From an uncultured archaeon (GTDB lineage Archaea > Aenigmatarchaeota > Aenigmatarchaeia > CG10238-14 > EX4484-224), in contig CAZGBT010000002.1 in the NCBI GenBank assembly GCA_964524025.1, positions 11,210 through 75,209 of the forward strand: a DNA stretch of 64,000 nucleotides, written 5' to 3'. Of this stretch, positions 59,129-64,000 are shown one piece after another; position 1 is the first letter of the stretch; the number at the start of each line of letters is the position of its first letter. The translations under genes and the position numbers were made by a program. The notes below the pieces were generated by a model. The model searched no databases and was not told the origin of the DNA. It was given only the letters and a program-made list of their open reading frames with translations.

Positions 59129-61456
59129 ATGCTTACTAAAGAAAAACTACTTCAAATTTTTAACAAAAGGCCAGAAAGATATTGGAAGGTAAATTTATTC
59201 GAAGAGCTAGGGTTTGAAAGAAAAGTTTGCCCTATTTGTAAAAGAGGTTTTTGGAGTTTAAAAGAAAGAGAAAGATGCCCAGATCCTGGATGTGGTGAAG
59301 AATACGGGTTTATAGGAAAAAAAGTTACTAAAGTTAAATGGGATTACGTCAAAACTTGGAAAGAATTTGAAAAATTCTTTGTTAAAAATGGTCATGAGTC
59401 TATTCCAAGATACCCAGTTATAACAACATGGAGAGATGATTTATTTTTTAATATAGCTTCCATAGTTAATTTCCAGAGGTTTGACGAAGGGGTTATGGTT
59501 TTTGAATATCCAGCTAACCCGCTTATAGTTCCACAAATGTGCCTACGGTTTAAAGACATAGCTAATGTTGGTGTCACAGGAAGGCACTACACATGCTTTA
59601 TGATGCCAGGTCAGCATGCTTTTAATTGGCCTAAAGAGGGTTATTGGAAAGATGAAACAATAGAGCTTAATTTTCGGTTTTTGACAGAAGTAATGGGGAT
59701 TCCAAAAGAAGAAATAGTTTATAGAGAAGAGCTTTGGAGTATGCCAGATTTTTCTGCTTTTGGACCTTATATAGAAAGCTATTGCTATGGACTCGAGCTA
59801 TGTAATTCTGGATTCATGGAATTTGGAAAACATAATTCTAGTTACAAAGAGCTTCCTATGAAGGTTGTTGATGTAGGATGGGGTCTTGAAAGATTGGTTT
59901 GGATAACTAACTCAACGCCTACTAGCTACGAATGCGTATTCGGACCAGTTTGGACAAAACTCTTAAGAGAAAGTGGGATTAGCTATGAAAAAGAAATCTT
60001 TGAAAGATATATTAAAGTAGCAGGTTCTCTAGATGTACAGGAGATAAGAGACATAGAGAGGTTGAAAGAAGAGATTGCAAAAAAGCTTTCTATCGATAAA
60101 AAAGAATTAGAAGAGAAAATCTCGCCAATAATAGCACTTTCCTCTATAGCCGACCATACAAGAGCTTTGGTTTTTGCAATTTGTGATGGTGCTTTACCTA
60201 GTAACATAGGTGGTGGTTATAACTTAAGGGTAATTTTAAGAAGATCTCTTGCTTTTATTAACAAATTCAATTTTAACCTTGATTTGATAGAAATTTGTTT
60301 TTGGCATATCGATTATTTAAGCAAGCTTTTTCCTGAACTTCGTGATTCTGAAGAAATAATCAAAAAAATACTAGAAGTAGAAATTCAAAGGTACAAAAAG
60401 AGCAGAGAAATAGTAACAAAAATTATACCTAAGTTAAAGGAAAAAGTAACAACAACCGAAGACCTTATTAAAGTTTATCAAACCTACGGAGTTACGCCGG
60501 AAGATCTAGGTATAAAAACACCAGCAGATTTCTATCAGCTGCTAACAGCAACTAAAAAGAGGAAAAGGGAGGAAAAGGGAGAGATGATAGATGTAAGCGG
60601 ATTACCGCCAACTGAGATATTATTTTACAAACCTGTATATGAGTTTAAAGCCAAAGTAGTTAAAGTGATAGGAGATTGGGTTATTCTTGATAAAACAGCA
60701 TTTTTCCCAAAGATGGGTGGGCAGGATTTTGATACTGGATTTATAGATGGAAATAGAGTGATAGAAGTTCAAAAGGTAGGAAACGTAGTTTTGCATAAAA
60801 TTGACGGTAATGTGAAAGAAGGAAGCATAGTTTTATGCAGAGTAGATAGAAAAAGAAGGAAAATTTTAACTATTCATCACGATGCAATACATCTAATAAA
60901 TGCAGCTGCTAGAAAAATTTTGGGAAGGCATGTAAGGCAATATGGAGCTGAAAAGACTGTTGAAAAAGCGAGGATAGATATAACTCATTATCAAAAGCTA
61001 AGTGAAGAAGAGGTTGAAAAGATAGAAAAACTAGCCAATGAGATAGTTAAGAAAAATATTCCAATAGAGAAATTTTGGATGGATAGGTGCGAAGCAGAAA
61101 GAAAATTTGGATTTGGTATCTATCAAGGAGGTTATGTTCCATCAAAAAAAGTTAGAATAGTAAAGATTGGAAATTTTGATGTTGAAGCATGTTGCGGAAC
61201 CCATGGCAATAGTACTGGAGAAATTGGGATAATAAAGATATTAAGAACTAAAAGAATAGCTGATGGATTAGTTAGAATAGAAATAGTTGCTGGTGATAGG
61301 GCACTAGAATATTTGAAAAAAATGGAAGGAATAGCAAAAGAATGTTGCAAAGAACTTAACACAAAACCAGAAAATCTTGAAGAAGCCGTTAAAGATTTGT
61401 TTGAAAGGTGGAAATGTTTAAGGAAGAAACTCAAAAAAATTAAAAACAAAAAATAA
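59129..61456 (+). CDS. alaS: Alanyl-tRNA synthetase, short form lacking the C-terminal C-Ala/DHHA1-like domain
   Basis: Class II catalytic core, tRNA-recognition domain, editing domain (HHDAIHL; CCGTHGNSTGEIG). Ends in the coiled-coil linker at 775 aa. Confidence 0.85.
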   Translation: MLTKEKLLQIFNKRPERYWKVNLFEELGFERKVCPICKRGFWSLKERERCPDPGCGEEYGFIGKKVTKVKWDYVKTWKEFEKFFVKNGHESIPRYPVITTWRDDLFFNIASIVNFQRFDEGVMVFEYPANPLIVPQMCLRFKDIANVGVTGRHYTCFMMPGQHAFNWPKEGYWKDETIELNFRFLTEVMGIPKEEIVYREELWSMPDFSAFGPYIESYCYGLELCNSGFMEFGKHNSSYKELPMKVVDVGWGLERLVWITNSTPTSYECVFGPVWTKLLRESGISYEKEIFERYIKVAGSLDVQEIRDIERLKEEIAKKLSIDKKELEEKISPIIALSSIADHTRALVFAICDGALPSNIGGGYNLRVILRRSLAFINKFNFNLDLIEICFWHIDYLSKLFPELRDSEEIIKKILEVEIQRYKKSREIVTKIIPKLKEKVTTTEDLIKVYQTYGVTPEDLGIKTPADFYQLLTATKKRKREEKGEMIDVSGLPPTEILFYKPVYEFKAKVVKVIGDWVILDKTAFFPKMGGQDFDTGFIDGNRVIEVQKVGNVVLHKIDGNVKEGSIVLCRVDRKRRKILTIHHDAIHLINAAARKILGRHVRQYGAEKTVEKARIDITHYQKLSEEEVEKIEKLANEIVKKNIPIEKFWMDRCEAERKFGFGIYQGGYVPSKKVRIVKIGNFDVEACCGTHGNSTGEIGIIKILRTKRIADGLVRIEIVAGDRALEYLKKMEGIAKECCKELNTKPENLEEAVKDLFERWKCLRKKLKKIKNKK

Positions 61457-62234
61457 GCTCAACTCTGCTGCCAAACTTTTTCTTAATCTTTTCTTTAATT
61501 TTTTCGTAATAGTTAGATCTTGCTTTCAATACTACTTTCCATTTTTCTTCTAAACTCGGAAAATTTTCTGATAAGACTTTCTTAATTTTCTCCCAAAGCC
61601 CTGGTTTTAGATTCAGTCTATCTAAAAAAATTCTATTCGAATATTTTGAAACCTTTTTAATCAAATTTTCGACTTCCCTATCTGTTAAGAAGGGTAAGAT
61701 TGGACCTATGAAAGAAAAAGTACTTAAGCCACTTTCTTTTAATACTTTAAGGGCTTTTATTCTTTCTTTTATCGATGGTGCATTCGGCTCAAAAATCTTC
61801 CTTATTTTTTCTTTTAAAGTAATTATCGTAAAACCGATCTCTACATCACCTTTCTTTAATAAGTCTATATCTCTTAGAACAAGTGGGGATTTTGTTTGGA
61901 TGAATAGTGGCCACTTATTGCTGATCAAAATCTTAATAAGCTTTTTCGTTAACTCATATTTTCTCTCTACAGGCTGATAAGGATCTGTAAATGGGCTAAA
62001 GTAGACACATCCCTTCTTTTTCTTTCTCATTTCTTTAAGAAGAACCTGTAGAGAATTTATTTTTGGATAAACGTAGCTTCCCCAGGGCTTTTCTATTTTT
62101 CTGTATTTTTTAGTATAATACCATGCATAACAATAAGTACAAGCATGCTGACATCCTACGTAAGGGTTTATAGAATAGTCTGAAATATAGCTTTTACTCA
62201 AAATAGATTTGCAGAAAATCGGTTTAATTTCCAT
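61440..62234 (-). CDS. Radical-SAM protein, spore-photoproduct-lyase/DNA-repair-photolyase-like (COG1533-type)
   Basis: GCQHACTYCY (C-x3-C-x2-C). Confidence 0.65.
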   Translation of the reverse strand: MEIKPIFCKSILSKSYISDYSINPYVGCQHACTYCYAWYYTKKYRKIEKPWGSYVYPKINSLQVLLKEMRKKKKGCVYFSPFTDPYQPVERKYELTKKLIKILISNKWPLFIQTKSPLVLRDIDLLKKGDVEIGFTIITLKEKIRKIFEPNAPSIKERIKALKVLKESGLSTFSFIGPILPFLTDREVENLIKKVSKYSNRIFLDRLNLKPGLWEKIKKVLSENFPSLEEKWKVVLKARSNYYEKIKEKIKKKFGSRVELIFCF

Positions 62235-62305
62235 GTGCCTTTTTAAGATTCTATATTGAAAAACTCTTCCTTAATTTTTTTATTAGTCCTTTCTTACAAA
62301 AAAAC

Positions 62306-63631
62306 GTGAAAATATTCAAATTTTTAGACAAAAAATTCAGAGTGAGAAGTGTTAAGAAAAAATATAAAGTTGGGAAAAATCTCTGCATTTTTTGTAAAGG
62401 CTCTAAGTTACTTTGTGGTAAGGAGAGATGTCCACTTTTAGTCAAATTAGAAGCAAAATTAAAGGTAAAACGTTTAGTTTGTAAGAGGGAATTTGATGGT
62501 TCATCTCCACCATCGATTTTTGTTGGAAGAATAGGATATCCAAAAGTATTTGTAGGTCCTTTAATACCTCCTATTAGAGGGGATACATCCATTTTAGATT
62601 TCCCAGAAAACTGGTTTGGAAAAAGCATAGAAGAAATTGTTACCTTCAGGTTCTTGCTTGTAAGAACGAAGAAAAGAGTTAATGTTAGAGATCTAGAAAA
62701 TAAAATAGTCCAAAATTTAGTAGAACTCTCCTTATCAAAAAAACCTGTAGATTCGGAAGTTAAGCTTAAGAAAGTTCCATCTTATAAAATCTTCTTCAGT
62801 GCAACAAGCCAACCCTTCGGACCATCAGCTCCTCTCGATCAAATAAGAATAGGAGGCTATAAATCTCACCATCTGATAGAAAAGACCTATTATGATACAG
62901 ACCTAAAAGCGTCGGAAGCCGTTTTTTGGCTGTACGAAAAAGGTGTTGAGGTTTCGCGAATTCAAAGGGCATTTAGTGCTGGAATGCTTGGAATAGGAAA
63001 AAATAGGAAGCTCGTACCAACAAGATGGAGTATAACTGCTGTAGATTCGATAATTTCGAAGAAGTTGATAGAAAAGGTTAAAGAATTCAGGCCGATTAAT
63101 GAGTTCAGAATTTTCTATGGAGAATATCTAGATAACAGGTGGCTTATACTAATGATGCCTAGAGAATGGAATTACGAATCGATAGAAGCTTGGTATCCAA
63201 AAACTATTTGGAACGAGGAAGATTATATTGCAATTGGAAGTGACTGGGAGGGTTTTGATAGGTTTAACGATGAACCATCTATAGGAGGTTGTTTTATAGC
63301 AGGAAGACTCGCTGTTGGAGAATATTTATTTAGGATAAGAAGGCAAGCTACTGTAATAATCATAAGAGAAATTCATCCAGGTTACCTAATGCCAGTAGGG
63401 GTTTGGAATGTCAGGGAAAGTTTAAGAAACATACTAAAGAATAAACCATTTAAGGCTAACAGCTTAAAAGAAGCCTTAAAATTCTTGGAGGAAAGGCTTG
63501 ATATTCCTTTAAAAGTTTGGATTGAAAATTCAAGATTGTTTAGAAATTTAATTTTCCAAAGAAAACTTTTAGATTATATTAAATATGGAAGAAGAAATAG
63601 AGAGACTGTTAAAATTGGAAAAAATAATTAA
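62306..63631 (+). CDS. NreA-like archaeal DNA-repair-associated protein (DUF650/DUF651-type)
   Basis: N-terminal C-x-x-C ... C-x-x-x-C-P zinc-ribbon-like segment followed by GSSPPSIFVGRIGYPKVFVGPL, which I recall as the family signature. Confidence 0.5.
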   Translation: MKIFKFLDKKFRVRSVKKKYKVGKNLCIFCKGSKLLCGKERCPLLVKLEAKLKVKRLVCKREFDGSSPPSIFVGRIGYPKVFVGPLIPPIRGDTSILDFPENWFGKSIEEIVTFRFLLVRTKKRVNVRDLENKIVQNLVELSLSKKPVDSEVKLKKVPSYKIFFSATSQPFGPSAPLDQIRIGGYKSHHLIEKTYYDTDLKASEAVFWLYEKGVEVSRIQRAFSAGMLGIGKNRKLVPTRWSITAVDSIISKKLIEKVKEFRPINEFRIFYGEYLDNRWLILMMPREWNYESIEAWYPKTIWNEEDYIAIGSDWEGFDRFNDEPSIGGCFIAGRLAVGEYLFRIRRQATVIIIREIHPGYLMPVGVWNVRESLRNILKNKPFKANSLKEALKFLEERLDIPLKVWIENSRLFRNLIFQRKLLDYIKYGRRNRETVKIGKNN

Positions 63632-63749
63632 AAAAGCTGCTAAGGTTCTAAGGGTAAAAGTAGAAGATTTACCAAGGGTTATAAGAAGATTCAAAAACGA
63701 AATAAAAGAGATGGAGAAAGAGTTAAATGAACTGGATAAATCCGCTTAA
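63585..63749 (+). CDS. Small K/E-rich ORF (54 aa) resembling the AlaRS C-terminal linker motif
   Basis: VEDLPRVIRRFKNEIKEMEKELNEL compared with alaS C-terminus ENLEEAVKDLFERWKCLRKKLKKI. May be non-coding. Confidence 0.2.
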   Translation: MEEEIERLLKLEKIIKKAAKVLRVKVEDLPRVIRRFKNEIKEMEKELNELDKSA

Positions 63750-64000
63750 TACAGAATATACTGTACCTTTTACGATTTTTTGTATTTCTTTATTCCTAAT
63801 TTTCGCTTATCTCATTTTCATTTTCCTTAAAAGATTAAAAATTAAAATGGACTACAAAATTGCCACTTCTGTATTTCCGTTTGTAATAATAGGAAGTCTC
63901 TTAAGAGTTTGTAGAGATATGAGCCTGTTAAAAAGCCAACTTTTTGAAACTCCCGGAATCTACCTCCTTATGACATCTTTTTATCTTTCCCTTCTGACTT
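63727..64000 (+). CDS. Integral membrane protein (partial, continues beyond window end)
   Basis: ATG at 63727; hydrophobic helices (FTIFCISLFLIFAYLIFIFL; VFPFVIIGSLL). Confidence 0.35.
   Translation, partial: MNWINPLNTEYTVPFTIFCISLFLIFAYLIFIFLKRLKIKMDYKIATSVFPFVIIGSLLRVCRDMSLLKSQLFETPGIYLLMTSFYLSLLT

Noticed and set aside
62251-62628. 125-aa minus-strand ORF
   Set aside because: Antisense to the NreA-like gene's N-terminal region; no motif; shadow ORF.
1-64000. CRISPR arrays, rRNA genes, IS elements or integrases
   Set aside because: No regularly spaced direct repeats, no rRNA-like GC-rich blocks, no transposase or integrase motifs seen in any frame.

Overview
This is an AT-rich (roughly 30% GC), very gene-dense archaeal chromosomal segment. 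I cannot assign the lineage from sequence alone. The K/I/E-rich proteins, leaderless-looking starts and compact layout fit a small-genome anaerobic (hyper)thermophilic archaeon. Calls rest on ORF-track protein motifs and my own reading of the nucleotide sequence; no database search was possible.

Content is mostly informational and housekeeping:
- Four aminoacyl-tRNA synthetases (TyrRS, archaeal ThrRS, IleRS, AlaRS).
- Class III anaerobic ribonucleotide reductase with its activase (nrdDG).
- Cdc48/VCP, proteasome beta subunit, aCPSF1 (KH plus beta-CASP RNase).
- An Mre11-Rad50 pair convergent with HerA.
- Hef-like helicase and XPF nuclease as two separate ORFs.
- NreA-like protein, aIF5B/IF2 carrying an intein in its P-loop, PIN-ATPase-KH protein, HDAC-like deacetylase.
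- Peptidases of families M28, M29 and M24, two GT2 glycosyltransferases, a rhomboid protease.
- Two tRNAs on the minus strand: tRNA-Arg(CCU) and a class II tRNA-Ser(CGA) with a 54-nt anticodon-loop intron.

Many gene pairs overlap by 4 nt (ATGA), and one pair of divergent genes has start codons only 9 nt apart. No CRISPR array, rRNA or obvious transposon was seen.

Accessory-looking or unusual content:
- A >2,550-aa secreted, sequon-saturated tandem-repeat surface protein that fills the first 7.7 kb and runs off the window.
- A GC-enriched ORF of unknown function with an adjacent small HTH gene and a palindrome.
- A kinase / HAD / nucleotidyltransferase cassette whose nucleotidyltransferase carries an N-terminal ribbon-helix-helix domain.
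- A secreted protein built of about seven Cys-rich C-x-x-[HN]-P repeats.
- Two membrane-anchored OB-fold paralogs.
- Two perfectly identical 53–70-nt stretches shared between the D1 and D2 AAA modules of cdc48.
- An RNase-H-like DUF460 gene coupled to the split Hef/XPF pair.
- A metallophosphoesterase, not NurA, next to herA.
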